64,000 bases of DNA from an uncultured delta proteobacterium (lineage in GTDB: Bacteria > Myxococcota_A > UBA9160 > SZUA-336): the NCBI GenBank assembly GCA_963704165.1, contig CAVPHD010000008.1, positions 1-64,000 of the forward strand, in the 5' to 3' direction. The notes beneath the pieces are model-generated. The model worked only from the letters and a program-made list of their open reading frames with translations. It did not search any database and was not told the origin of the DNA. Shown here in pieces: positions 28,950 through 38,704 of the stretch. The position numbers and the translations under genes are program-made. The first letter of the stretch is position 1. Every line of letters starts with the position of its first letter.

Positions 28950-30214
28950 ATGCAGATGAACGTCCAGCCGATCTCGTCCCTGCCGGACAAGATCAACCAG
29001 ATCCGGCTCCTGACGGCGGAGATCGTCAACCAGGAGATCCTGCCCAACGAGAACGCGCTCTGGCGCTGGCGCCGGGACGGCTCGATCGAGCGAGAGCGAG
29101 AAGTCGGACGCGCGAAGAAGCTGCGCGAGGCGATCCAGGCGAAGGTGAAGCAGGCGGGCCTGTGGGCGCCGCACCTGCCCGAGGAGTACGGCGGCTGCGG
29201 ACTCTGACGTTCCTCGAGCACGCCTACATGAACGAGGTGCTCGCCTACGCGACCGGCGCCGCGGCGCTGTTCGGCGTGGTCGCGCCGAACTCGGGCAACC
29301 AGAAGATCCTGCTCAAGTACGGCACCGAGGAGCAGCGCAAGAAGTGGCTGCGTGCCGCTGACCGAAGGCGAAGATGGAGTCGGGCTTCTCGATGACCGAG
29401 CCCGACAGCGCCGGCTCGGACCCGCGCTCGATCAAGACGACCGCGCGCCGCGAGGGCGACGAGTGGGTGATCAACGGCCACAAGTGGTTCACGTCGAACG
29501 GCATCCGCGCCGACTTCTTGATCGTGATGTGCCGGACCGACGATCCCGACGGACCGGCGGAGGCACAACGGCAAGATGACCCAGATCATCGTGCCCGACC
29601 GACACGCCGGGCGTGAACATCGTGCGCGGCATCGACGGTCTGGGGCCACGTCGGCGACCACGCCGAGATCATCTACGACAACGTGCGCGTGCCCGGTCGC
29701 GAACCAGCTCGGCCGGACCGGCTCCGGCCACAGGCGGCCCAGGACCGACTCGGCGCCGGCCGCGTCTACCACTGCATGAACTCGGTCGGCCAGATGTGGC
29801 GCGCCTTCGACCTGATGGTCGAGCGGGCACGGACGCGCGAGGTGCACGGCGGCCTGCTCGCGACGAAGCAGTTCATCCAGGGCTTCATCGCCGACTCGTA
29901 CATCGACATCCAGGCCGCCCGCCTGATGACGATCCACTGCGCGGAGCAGATGGAGAGCGGGCGTCGATGCGCGGACCGACATCTCGGCGATCAAGATCTT
30001 CGTACCCGCGGCCTACACAGCGCGTCGTCGACCGCGCCATCCAGGTCTGGGGCGCGGCCGGCGTCACGGGCGACCTGCCGCTCGCGGCCATGTACCAGGG
30101 CGCGCGCACGCTGCGGCTCGCCGACGGTCCCGACGAGGTGCACAAGATCCTGATCGCGAAGAACGTGCTGAAGCAGTACCACGGACGGGCGAGGGCTGGG
30201 ACTTCGGCAACTAG
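28950..30214 (+). pseudogene. Acyl-CoA dehydrogenase, many frameshifts (probably sequencing error)
   Basis: GLWAPHLPEEYGG, APNSGN, FSMTEPDSAGSDP, WVINGHKWFTSN, AQDRLGAGR, DRAIQVWGAAGV, RLADGPDEVH in alternating frames. Confidence 0.85.
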
Positions 30215-30241
30215 ACGGCTTCGCGCTCGGACCGCGACACC

Positions 30242-31333
30242 TTGAGCGTCGGCCTCCTGCCGCTGCGCGTGTACGGCTCCGAGATTTCGTACTTCACGGG
30301 CAAGCTCGAGGGATATCTCCGCTTCAAGGAGATCCCCTACGAGCGCATCGAGAAGAACGCATTTCGCCTGCTCGCGCGAAGGACGGGCGTCGCCCAGATT
30401 CCCGGAGTCGAGCTCGCCGACGGGCGCTTCATGACGGACACGACGCCGATGATCGCGTGGCTCGAGACGCAATTCCCAGAGCCGCACGTGATTCCGGCGG
30501 ATCCGCTGCAGTCCTTCGTGAGTCGCCTGCTCGAGGACTACGCCGACGAATGGCTGTGGCGCCCCGCGATGCACTACCGCTGGTCGTACCGGACCGATGC
30601 ACGGCATCTCTCCCGCAGAATTGCCGACACGATCCTCGTCGACGTTCGTGCGCCCGCGTTCCTGAAGCGCTTCGCCATCCGCACCCGACAGCGCACGGTG
30701 TTCGTGCGCGGCGACGGCGTGAACGCGAGCACGCGTGCGCACGTCGAGGCCGTCTACCGGCGAACGTTGAGCCAGCTTCAGGCCATCCTCGTCGATCGGC
30801 CATTCCTGCTCGGCGAGGTGCCGACACTTGCCGACTTCGGGTTCTTCGCCTCGATGTTCCGGCACTTCGGCATCGATCCCACCGCCTCGACGATCATGCG
30901 CGAGACGGCGTCCGACGTGTACGCGTGGGTCGCGCGCGTCTGGGATGCGCGCGCGAGCCGGACGCGGGGCGCGATCGAGTCCGGCATTCCCGCGGCGTGG
31001 GGCTCGGTGCTCGATTCGGTCGGCACGGCCTACCTGCCGCACCTGTGCGAGAACGCCGTGGCGTGGAAGGCGGGGCGGTCGCGCTTCGACGTCGCGATCG
31101 AGGGCGTGCGGTACGAGCGGCTGCGCACTTCGCGCTACCGCGTCTGGTGTCTCGAGCAGATCCGAAGCCACTACACCGAGCTGCCCGCGGCCGCGCAGGA
31201 GCAGGCGCGCGCGTTGCTCGAGCGACACGGTTGTTGGGAGCCGCTCTGGCGCGTGGCCGAAACCGCGTCCGGCGTGGACCCGGACGGCCACGCGCCATTT
31301 TCGCCGGGTTGTTCGATGACCGGACGTGACTGA
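30242..31333 (+). CDS. Glutathione S-transferase family protein
   Basis: YGSEISYFTGKLEGYLRFK, IP.VELADG..MTDTTP, LLEDYADEWLWRPAMHYRW, FLLGEVPTLADFG. Confidence 0.85.
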   Translation: MSVGLLPLRVYGSEISYFTGKLEGYLRFKEIPYERIEKNAFRLLARRTGVAQIPGVELADGRFMTDTTPMIAWLETQFPEPHVIPADPLQSFVSRLLEDYADEWLWRPAMHYRWSYRTDARHLSRRIADTILVDVRAPAFLKRFAIRTRQRTVFVRGDGVNASTRAHVEAVYRRTLSQLQAILVDRPFLLGEVPTLADFGFFASMFRHFGIDPTASTIMRETASDVYAWVARVWDARASRTRGAIESGIPAAWGSVLDSVGTAYLPHLCENAVAWKAGRSRFDVAIEGVRYERLRTSRYRVWCLEQIRSHYTELPAAAQEQARALLERHGCWEPLWRVAETASGVDPDGHAPFSPGCSMTGRD

Positions 31334-31402
31334 CCGGAGGCGATGCGGGTAGTCTGTCGTGAGCTTCGGCCGGATTTCGGACGCGCCGATCCAGGAGGTC
31401 GC

Positions 31403-32647
31403 ATGAACCAGTCCCACACCGATCCCTACTCGGTGCCCCTCGACAAGATCGACGTTTCCGACTCGGAGCTCTTCGAGACGGACAAGCTCTGGGGGTACTT
31501 CGAGCGGCTGCGAAAGGAAGATCCCGTCCACTACTGCGCCGACAGCGAGTTCGGCCCGTACTGGTCCGTCACGCGCCACGAGCACATTGTCGAGGTCGAG
31601 AAGAACCCCGAGATCTACTCGTCGGCTCGAAGCATCGTGCTCGATGATCCCGATCCCGAGTTTCCGCTCGAGGCGGGCTTCATCACGATGGACGGCCCGA
31701 AGCACGACGCGCACCGCAAAGTCGTTCAGCCGGTCGCGGCGCCGCGAAACCTCGCGTATCTCGAGCCGCTGATCCGCGAGCGCGCTGCCGAGATCCTCGA
31801 CGGACTGCCCGTCGGCGAGACCTTCGACTGGGTCGATCGCGTTTCGATCGAGCTCACGACCGGCATGCTGGCGACGCTCTTCGACTTTCCCTGGGAGCAG
31901 CGGCGCAAGCTCACGTACTGGTCGGACATGACGACGACGCGTCCCGGTGAAGAGGGTTCCATCGCGGCGACCGAAGAGGAGCGCCGCGCCGCGCTGCTCG
32001 ACTGCCTCGCGACCTTCACCGAGCTCTGGAAGCAGCGCGAGAACAAACCGGAAGGAGACCGTCTCGACTTCATCACGGCGCTGGCGAATTCCGATACGAC
32101 GCGCGGACTCGATCCGATGGAGTACCTGGGAACGCTGATCCTCTTGATCGTCGGTGGCAACGACACCACGCGCAACTCGATCTCCGGCGGCGTCGTCGCG
32201 TTGAACGAGAATCCCGACCAGTACCAGAAGCTTCGCGACGACCCGAGCCTGATTCCCAACATGGTGAGCGAGATCATCCGCTGGCAGACGCCGCTCGCGC
32301 ACATGCGCCGGACGGCGACGCGCGACACGGAGCTCGGCGGCAAGCGGATCAAGAAGGGCGAGAAGGTCGCCATGTGGTACGTGTCGGCGAATCGCGACGA
32401 CGCCGTCTTCGACGGTCCGGACGAGTTCCGCATCGATCGCAAGAACGCGCGGCAGCATCTGTCGTTCGGGCTGGGCGTGCACTTCTGCATGGGAAGTCGC
32501 CTCGCGGAGATGCAGCTTCGCGTCCTTTGGGAGGAGATCCTGGCGCGATTCCGGTTCGTCGAGCTGGTCGGAGAGCCCGTTCGGGTCCGGTCCTGCTTCG
32601 TGAAGGGGTACACGCACCTGCCGGTGCGCGTGCATCCGTGGTCGTGA
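31403..32647 (+). CDS. Cytochrome P450, CYP153-like
   Basis: RBS AGGAGG; FGPYWSVT, LLIVGGNDTTRNS, EIIRWQTPLAHMRRTA, HLSFGLGVHFCMG heme Cys. Confidence 0.92.
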   Translation: MNQSHTDPYSVPLDKIDVSDSELFETDKLWGYFERLRKEDPVHYCADSEFGPYWSVTRHEHIVEVEKNPEIYSSARSIVLDDPDPEFPLEAGFITMDGPKHDAHRKVVQPVAAPRNLAYLEPLIRERAAEILDGLPVGETFDWVDRVSIELTTGMLATLFDFPWEQRRKLTYWSDMTTTRPGEEGSIAATEEERRAALLDCLATFTELWKQRENKPEGDRLDFITALANSDTTRGLDPMEYLGTLILLIVGGNDTTRNSISGGVVALNENPDQYQKLRDDPSLIPNMVSEIIRWQTPLAHMRRTATRDTELGGKRIKKGEKVAMWYVSANRDDAVFDGPDEFRIDRKNARQHLSFGLGVHFCMGSRLAEMQLRVLWEEILARFRFVELVGEPVRVRSCFVKGYTHLPVRVHPWS

Positions 32648-32871
32648 AGGTCCTTCGCTTCCTGCTCGTGCACTGGGTCGGCGCGCTCGCGGGCCTCGGC
32701 GTCCTGCTGACGCTGATCGTGATCCTGCAGAACCTGGAGCCGATCGAGTTCGATCTCTTGTTCTGGACCGTGCCGGCGCTTCCCAAGCTGGTCCTGATTC
32801 TCGTCTCGATGGCGCTCGGCGCGGCGATCGCGGAAGTCGCGCGCGTCCTGCTCCGCCGGCCGCGAGTCTAG
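32644..32871 (+). CDS. LapA/DUF1049-like small membrane protein
   Basis: TM-LQNLEPIEFDLLFW-P-TM pattern; GTG overlaps P450 stop. Confidence 0.7.
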   Translation: MKVLRFLLVHWVGALAGLGVLLTLIVILQNLEPIEFDLLFWTVPALPKLVLILVSMALGAAIAEVARVLLRRPRV

Positions 32872-32895
32872 GCCGGGAAGCCCGAGAGCGGCTGG

Positions 32896-33108
32896 CTAGC
32901 GCCGGCGGCGATCGACGTCGCCGGAGCAGAAGTTCCCGACCAGGTTGACCTTCCCGGTCTCGATCAGGTGCTGGATCGTGGCCACCACCTCTTCGTCCGT
33001 AGCCGCCTCGTCCGCGACGGCGGCAACCAGGTCGAGCAGGGTCAGCGTCTCGGGGTGATCCGCTTCCAGCGTCTCGAGTTGCGCGAGGCTATGGGCGACT
33101 TGGGTCAT
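32896..33108 (-). CDS. Small hypothetical protein (70 aa)
   Basis: RBS AGAGGGGA; TLLDLVAAVADEAATDEEVVATIQHLIETGKVNLVGNF. Confidence 0.7.
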   Translation of the reverse strand: MTQVAHSLAQLETLEADHPETLTLLDLVAAVADEAATDEEVVATIQHLIETGKVNLVGNFCSGDVDRRRR

Positions 33109-33144
33109 TCCGAACGGCTCCCCTCTACTTCGCAGATGTGCAGA

Positions 33145-33161
33145 AGCATCGGGCGTGCCAA
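33145..33161 (-). promoter_or_regulatory. Sigma54 (-24/-12) promoter
   Basis: Minus strand TTGGCACGCCCGATGCT: GG-N10-GC with TGGCACG, 36 nt upstream of the ATG at 33108. Confidence 0.7.
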
Positions 33162-33304
33162 CGGGTGTCATGTGCACGAGACGCGCGGAAGTGGGCGGAT
33201 ATTCGAGGCCGGCGACACTGTCGCGCGCCTGCTGCACCCTCGGATGTGGCCGGGATCCGTCAGCCCGGTGACGGTTCTCGTCAACGCCCCGTCGGTCGGC
33301 GATA

Positions 33305-33955
33305 TCAGCGAATCAGGCTCGACCAGCGCGCGTCGCCGGCGCGGAAGATCAGGATCCGATGCGGCAGGACCAGGGTCACGGAGTTGGCGCCGAGAGTGCT
33401 CCGTTCCGGAGTCTCGCCGGGACTGAGCGGGTATTCGACGAAGCCGCTCGAGAGCGGCGAGAACGCGACCGCTCTTCGAGGCGTGACGACCGCAGCGACG
33501 TTCTCGTCGGCGAGGACTTCGATCGGCTTCTCGCCCGGGCCCAGGCCGAATTCCCGCCACGACGCGATCTGCGGCGAGAACGCGAGGATCCGCGCCGGAA
33601 ACGCCACCACGACCAGGCGCTCGCGGATCTGCAGGTCGCGTTCGCCGGGCGCGGACTCGGAGACCCGGTAACGCGCCTCGGCGAAGTTCGCGGCGCGCGC
33701 CTGGACCGCGAGCAGGCGCCGCGAAGTGACCGCGACGCCGATGCTCCCCTCGGTGCGCAGCGCGACGACCGTCTCCCCGAGCTCGAGCGGGGCGAGTACC
33801 GCCGCGAAGCCAGCGGCGGTGACGGCGAGCACCCGGTCGTCGACGTGCGTGAGCGTGACGCGCTCGTCGGGTCGAGAGCCCGCGTCCGCACCCGCGACGA
33901 GAGGTGCGATCCCCAGGCAGACGGAGAGTGCGAGCACGCGAGCGCGTTCGCTCAG
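33305..33955 (-). CDS. Hypothetical secreted protein with internal beta-repeats
   Basis: Signal-like N-terminus; repeated L..GE......V.VT.RR.LA.S units; start GTG 33937 or CTG 33955. Confidence 0.65.
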   Translation of the reverse strand: MSERARVLALSVCLGIAPLVAGADAGSRPDERVTLTHVDDRVLAVTAAGFAAVLAPLELGETVVALRTEGSIGVAVTSRRLLAVQARAANFAEARYRVSESAPGERDLQIRERLVVVAFPARILAFSPQIASWREFGLGPGEKPIEVLADENVAAVVTPRRAVAFSPLSSGFVEYPLSPGETPERSTLGANSVTLVLPHRILIFRAGDARWSSLIR

Positions 33956-34752
33956 AACTTGTCCTTCAGCGCGCGCACGGCGCCGAGCACGCTGACGGGA
34001 TCTGCGAGCGTGCCCGGCAGAAGCTTGCGCACGTTCGCGAGGAGCTCCGGTGAGTCCACGCGCATGAACGGATTGGTCGCGCGCTCGTCGGCAATCGTCG
34101 AAGGTACGGTCATCTCGGCGTCGGTCGCGTCGTGCCAGTCCGCGGCCGCCCGTGCGCGGGCCGCGACCACCGACGCCATTCGAGCGACGAGCGCCGGGTT
34201 CTCCGGCTCGAGCGTGAGCGCGAAGCGAAGATTGGATTCGGTGTACTCGTGCCCGCAGTAGACGCGCGTCGCGTCGGGGAGCCGCGCGAGCTTCACGTTC
34301 AGTGCCTCGTGCATCATCCTCGGGTTGCCCTCGAAGAGCCGCCCGCAGCCCCCGGCGAAGAGCGTGTCGCCGGAGAAGACCGCGCCCGGAAAGACGTACG
34401 CGACGTGACCGCGCGTGTGCGCCGGGATGAACACGACCTCGGCCTCGAGCCCGCCGACGCGCACGCGGTCGCCCTCGTTCACGCCGTCGGTGAAGCCGGG
34501 AATGCGCGCCGAATCCGAGACGTGTCCGATCACGGGCACGCCGAAGCGCGCAGCGAGATCCGGATTCGCGCCGCTGTGATCGAGGTGATGGTGCGTGGAG
34601 AGCAGCTTCGTCACGCGCACGCCGAGCTTCTCGACGCGCGCGATCACCGGTGCGGCCTCGGGTGCATCGATCACGGCCGCCTCGTTCGAAGCCGGATCGA
34701 TCACGAGGTAGGTGTAGTTGTCGCGCAGCGTCGGGATGCGTTCGATTCGCAT
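33952..34752 (-). CDS. gloB: Hydroxyacylglutathione hydrolase (glyoxalase II)
   Basis: LRDNYTY, THHHLDHSG, PAHTRGH, FSGDTLFAGGCGRLFEG, CGHEYT, ERATNPFMR. Confidence 0.93.
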   Translation of the reverse strand: MRIERIPTLRDNYTYLVIDPASNEAAVIDAPEAAPVIARVEKLGVRVTKLLSTHHHLDHSGANPDLAARFGVPVIGHVSDSARIPGFTDGVNEGDRVRVGGLEAEVVFIPAHTRGHVAYVFPGAVFSGDTLFAGGCGRLFEGNPRMMHEALNVKLARLPDATRVYCGHEYTESNLRFALTLEPENPALVARMASVVAARARAAADWHDATDAEMTVPSTIADERATNPFMRVDSPELLANVRKLLPGTLADPVSVLGAVRALKDKF

Positions 34753-34770
34753 GCCGGGAAGTCTACCCGA

Positions 34771-35196
34771 TCAGGCGAACACGACCTCGAGATCCGAGCA
34801 GACGAGCTTGCACAGGCGCTCGGCGACGAGGGCTCGGAGCTCGGGGCCGTCGCCCCGCGCGACGTGAAGCTCCACGCGCAGACCCGCGACCGAGAGGAGC
34901 TCGATCTCGGTCCCCGCGGGCAAGCGCGCGGCGATGCTGCCGAAGAGCGCCGAGTCCACGCGCCGCAGCGCCTCCGATTCGCCGCGCAGCCGGTTCTGGC
35001 GCCGGACGGCCTCGGGCAACGGCGTGCCGCGCAGATCGGCGAGGATCTCCTCGAGATCGGGCCGACAGCTTCCGCAGCCCCCTCCGGCACCGAGCGTCTC
35101 GGCGATCGAGTCGACATCGACCAGCCCGTGCTCGCGGACGAAATCCACGATTCGCCGGCTCGAGAGCCCCATGCAGCGACAGATCAGCCGATCCAC
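34771..35196 (-). CDS. BFD-like [2Fe-2S] domain + degenerate Nfu-like domain protein
   Basis: ICRCMG...GAGGGCGSC then EIELLSVAGLRVELH...VAERL...DLEV with no CxxC. Confidence 0.7.
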   Translation of the reverse strand: MDRLICRCMGLSSRRIVDFVREHGLVDVDSIAETLGAGGGCGSCRPDLEEILADLRGTPLPEAVRRQNRLRGESEALRRVDSALFGSIAARLPAGTEIELLSVAGLRVELHVARGDGPELRALVAERLCKLVCSDLEVVFA

Positions 35197-35220
35197 CCGG
35201 ATCTCATCGGCCGAAGGCCG

Positions 35221-36081
35221 CTAATCCCCCAGCAGAGAGAGCTGCCGGCCGTTCTCGTCCGCGTCCGCGGCATTCAGGGCCGGAACTCCGGGGCGCTCGG
35301 GGGCCGCGGAGCGAGCGGCGTCGGGCGCGTCCGGGCACAAGCCGGCGTAATCGCACCAGCGGCAGAGCGGCCCCGGACTCGTGGCGAACTCGCTCTCGCG
35401 CTCGATCGAGTCGATCAGCTGCATGGTCTCGCGCCGCAGCGCGTCGAGCGACTCGGACGAACGCCGCGAGCGCAACGTCTTGTTGAAGATCAGGTAGTGC
35501 CACACGAGCTCGACCTGCTTCACGTCCGGATAGGTCTGCTCGAGTCCGATCTGGTACAGCGCGAGCTGGCGATCGCGGTCGACCTGACGTTGCTGCGGCA
35601 GCCGCGCGCTCGTCTTGTAGTCGTGGATCTCGAACACGCCCTCGCCCTGGTGCACGATCCGATCGACGATGCCGAGCATCTTGTAGCGACCGTCGTCGTC
35701 GAGCCGAAGTCGAAGCCGCTCCTCGAGCGCGACCGTCTCGCCCGACGTGAACGGATACCAGGTGCGGTAGTAGTTCTCGAGGCAGCGCGCACCGCGTTCG
35801 AGGTAGTACTCGCGCGGGTTCTCCGCGCGGACGATCACGATCTTGTCGTGCCAGCTCTGCTCCCAGTCCTGGCGATGCCGTTCGAGCACCTGCGCGAGGC
35901 TCGGGGGCCGACCGTTTCGCGCGACGTGGTGGTACAGACGTTCGAGGATTTCGTGGACACGCTTGCCCATGAACGCCTCGACGCCTTCGGTCTCGACCTT
36001 GATCTGTTCGACGTAGCGGTACTTGAACTGGCGCGGACAGTTCTCGTACGACGAAAGGCGCGAATGGCTGTACTCGGTCAC
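35221..36081 (-). CDS. Stand-alone PD-(D/E)XK (RecB/AddB-like) nuclease with Fe-S cysteines
   Basis: SHSRLSSYENCPRQF, GKRVHEILE, GIVDRI, IHDYKT, QLALY, CRWCDYAGLC. Confidence 0.88.
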   Translation of the reverse strand: MTEYSHSRLSSYENCPRQFKYRYVEQIKVETEGVEAFMGKRVHEILERLYHHVARNGRPPSLAQVLERHRQDWEQSWHDKIVIVRAENPREYYLERGARCLENYYRTWYPFTSGETVALEERLRLRLDDDGRYKMLGIVDRIVHQGEGVFEIHDYKTSARLPQQRQVDRDRQLALYQIGLEQTYPDVKQVELVWHYLIFNKTLRSRRSSESLDALRRETMQLIDSIERESEFATSPGPLCRWCDYAGLCPDAPDAARSAAPERPGVPALNAADADENGRQLSLLGD

Positions 36082-36194
36082 GCTCCCCCCAGAGGCCCGG
36101 CCAGTATGCGTTGCCGGGTCCGCTTTGAAAATCCCGGCCCCGCGAGTAACCTTGCCGCGGGGTGGGAGGTCGAAGGGTGAAGGGAGTCCGGGAC

Positions 36195-37028
36195 GTGTCC
36201 ACCTTGACCGAATCGATCGCGAATCACCTGATCGCCAAGCGCGACCAGAACGATCCCGTCAGCGAAGCGCGCCGCCAGCCCTGCCCGGATACCAAACGGG
36301 TCGTCGATGTGCTCGAGAATCTGCGTGCAATCATCCTCGAGCAGACCCCGTCGGAGCGGCTGAATTCCGATCTCGAGGTCGTGCACGGGTTGCTCTCGGG
36401 ACTGGTCGGTTCGGACCTCGCGTCGCGCTTCCTCGAGTACCTGCCCGACATCCGCCACTGCGTCGGCATGGACGTCGAGGCGGCCTTCAAGGGCGATCCC
36501 GCCGCGAAGTCCTACGCCGAGGTGATCGCGGCGTATCCCTCCGCGTACGCGGTCTCGACCTATCGCATCGCGCACGTGCTCTACGACCTGGGTGCGCCGA
36601 TCGCCGCGCGCATCATGTCGGAGCACGCGAAGAGCAAGACGGGAATGGACATCCACCCCGGGGCGACGATCGGCTGCCATTTCTTCATCGATCACGGCAC
36701 CGGCGTGGTGATCGGTGAGACCGCGGTGATCGGCAACCGCGTGAAGATGTATCACGGTGTGACGCTCGGAGCGTTCTCGAACAAGCAGGGCCGACTCGAT
36801 TCGGGCACGAAGCGCCATCCGACGATCGAGGACGACGTCACGATCTACCCCAACGCGACGATCCTCGGGGGCAGCACGGTGATCGGCGAAGGCTCGGTGA
36901 TCGGTGGAAACGTCTGGCTTCACGAATCCGTGCCGCCGAACTCACGCGTGCAGATCACGCCGCCGCAGCTGCAGGTCAAGCGCAAGGATTCGGAGTCCGG
37001 GTCGATCGATCCCGCCTACGACATCTAG
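36195..37028 (+). CDS. cysE: Serine O-acetyltransferase (CysE/EpsC type)
   Basis: GDPAAKS, YRIAH.LY, TGMDIHPGATIG..FFIDHGTGVVIGET, GVTLG, KRHPTIED. Confidence 0.93.
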   Translation: MSTLTESIANHLIAKRDQNDPVSEARRQPCPDTKRVVDVLENLRAIILEQTPSERLNSDLEVVHGLLSGLVGSDLASRFLEYLPDIRHCVGMDVEAAFKGDPAAKSYAEVIAAYPSAYAVSTYRIAHVLYDLGAPIAARIMSEHAKSKTGMDIHPGATIGCHFFIDHGTGVVIGETAVIGNRVKMYHGVTLGAFSNKQGRLDSGTKRHPTIEDDVTIYPNATILGGSTVIGEGSVIGGNVWLHESVPPNSRVQITPPQLQVKRKDSESGSIDPAYDI

Positions 37029-37792
37029 CTCGAGAGCTCGAGCCCGACGGGGCAGTGGTCGGATCCGCGCACGGCCGTCTGATGGCGCACGCGCGTGACG
37101 CGCTCCATCAGCTCCGGATTGGCGACGAAGTAGTCGAGCCGCCAACCGATGTTCCGCTCGCGGACTCCGGGGCGGTGGCTCCACCACGTGTAGTGACCCG
37201 GCTCGGCGCAGAGCGTTCGGAACGTGTCGACCCAGCCGTGGCGGCCGAGAAAGCGCTCCATCCAGGCGCGTTCCTCGGGCAGGAATCCGGCGTTCTTCGC
37301 GTTCGCCTTCGGATTCGCCAGATCGATCTCGCGATGCGAGATGTTGTAGTCGCCGCAGAGAAGCACGTTCTTCCCCGCGCGGCGGTAGCCATTCACGAGC
37401 CGCAAGATCGCCGCGCAGAACCGGAGCTTGTAGTCCAGCCGTCCGTGCTCGCGCTGGCTGTTCGGGAAATAGGCGTTCACCAGCACGAAGTCGCGGAACT
37501 CGGTGCGCAGCACACGGCCCTCGCAATCGAACTCCTGCGCGCCGATTCCGTAGACGACGTCGATCGGCTCCACGCGCGTGTACGTCGCCACGCCGCTGTA
37601 GCCGGGTCGATCGGCCGGGTGGAAGTACGCGTGATAGCCGCGCGGATTTCGCATCGCCTCGGTGAGCTGCTCGGGCCGGGCCTTGATCTCCTGCACGCAG
37701 ACCGCGAATGCGCGCTGCCCGGCGAACCAGTCGAGAAAGCCCGCACGCTCCGCCGCGCGCAGGCCGTTCACGTTCCAGGAGAGGAGATGCAC
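37025..37792 (-). CDS. xth: Exodeoxyribonuclease III
   Basis: SWNVNGLRA, CVQEIK, GYSGVA, YFPN, CGDYNISH, GWRLDYF, SDHCP. Confidence 0.95.
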   Translation of the reverse strand: MHLLSWNVNGLRAAERAGFLDWFAGQRAFAVCVQEIKARPEQLTEAMRNPRGYHAYFHPADRPGYSGVATYTRVEPIDVVYGIGAQEFDCEGRVLRTEFRDFVLVNAYFPNSQREHGRLDYKLRFCAAILRLVNGYRRAGKNVLLCGDYNISHREIDLANPKANAKNAGFLPEERAWMERFLGRHGWVDTFRTLCAEPGHYTWWSHRPGVRERNIGWRLDYFVANPELMERVTRVRHQTAVRGSDHCPVGLELSS

Positions 37793-37877
37793 GCTCGAGA
37801 TCTTCAGTTGACCCAAAGCCATGCGCAACTGTGGCACGGTGCCTCCGCAGATCGACGAGATCTGCCGATAGGAACGC

Positions 37878-38471
37878 ATGTGGAAGGCTGGACTTCTCCT
37901 GGTCCTGCTCTTCTCGGTCGGGCATTTCGCCGTGGGCTACCTGCGCACGAATCCGCTCGATCCCGTCTTCGAAGGCGGGGAACTCATCGTCGAGACGAGG
38001 GAGCACGTCGTGCGGCTCGTTCGAGAAGGTCCGCTACAGGGACGCTATCTGGTCGCGAGCGCCACGAGCGAGGACTGGAGCGACGCGCCCGCGAACGCCG
38101 AGCTCTTGCTCGTCGGCGTCTCGGCAGCGACCGCCCACCTGCTCGCCGATCCCGATCAGCGCAGCTACGGCTCCGTTCCGGAACGGCAGCTCCTGGATCT
38201 TTCGTCGCCGCTCTCGCTGATCGCCTCGACGCGAAGCGTCTACGGTGAGCTGCACGGTCTTCTCGACCTGTACGAGAAACGCGCTCGCGATCGGGGCGCG
38301 TGGGTCTGCGTGTCGATCGAAGGCGAGATGCTTCGCGTCGACTCGGCCGACTCGATCGACACCGGGAGCAACGCCACGCGCGCGTTCCAGAAGCGGACGG
38401 ACGGAACCCGTCTCGTTCTGGCCACGCAGCTTCGTGTCGAGGACTGTGCGAACCTGGCTGAACGGCGCTAG
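37878..38471 (+). CDS. Hypothetical exported/membrane-anchored protein
   Basis: Hydrophobic N-terminus; fills the gap between xth and nrtS. Confidence 0.6.
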   Translation: MWKAGLLLVLLFSVGHFAVGYLRTNPLDPVFEGGELIVETREHVVRLVREGPLQGRYLVASATSEDWSDAPANAELLLVGVSAATAHLLADPDQRSYGSVPERQLLDLSSPLSLIASTRSVYGELHGLLDLYEKRARDRGAWVCVSIEGEMLRVDSADSIDTGSNATRAFQKRTDGTRLVLATQLRVEDCANLAERR

Positions 38472-38690
38472 CTAGCGCGACCGCAGCGCCGCGACGCTCG
38501 AAGCCGTCGAGACGCCGTACGGAACCAGCAGGGTCAGGCCGACCTTGAACACGTGCTCGGCGTCGATCTGCCCGCGAATCAGCACATCCCCGTGATTGAT
38601 CGCGACCAGGATCGTGCCGACGAGAAGCATCGTGCGGAGCGCGCGTCGCACGACCAGCGGATCTCTCGCGAGGCGCAGCCATTCCGACAC
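38472..38690 (-). CDS. NrtS-like small membrane protein
   Basis: RRALRTMLLVGTILVAINHGD...KVGLTLLVPYGVST motif. Confidence 0.8.
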   Translation of the reverse strand: MSEWLRLARDPLVVRRALRTMLLVGTILVAINHGDVLIRGQIDAEHVFKVGLTLLVPYGVSTASSVAALRSR

Positions 38691-38704
38691 GGCCGCAGGG
38701 TAGC

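Noticed and set aside
29203..29210. In-frame TGA in the acyl-CoA dehydrogenase as a second selenocysteine
   Set aside because: Homology resumes in another frame (GLTFLEHAYMNE), so it is an indel
35221..36081. Cas4/CRISPR system
   Set aside because: No repeat-spacer array or other cas genes seen; solo PD-(D/E)XK nucleases are common
37832..37848. TGGCACG as a sigma54 promoter
   Set aside because: No GC at the required GG-N10-GC spacing
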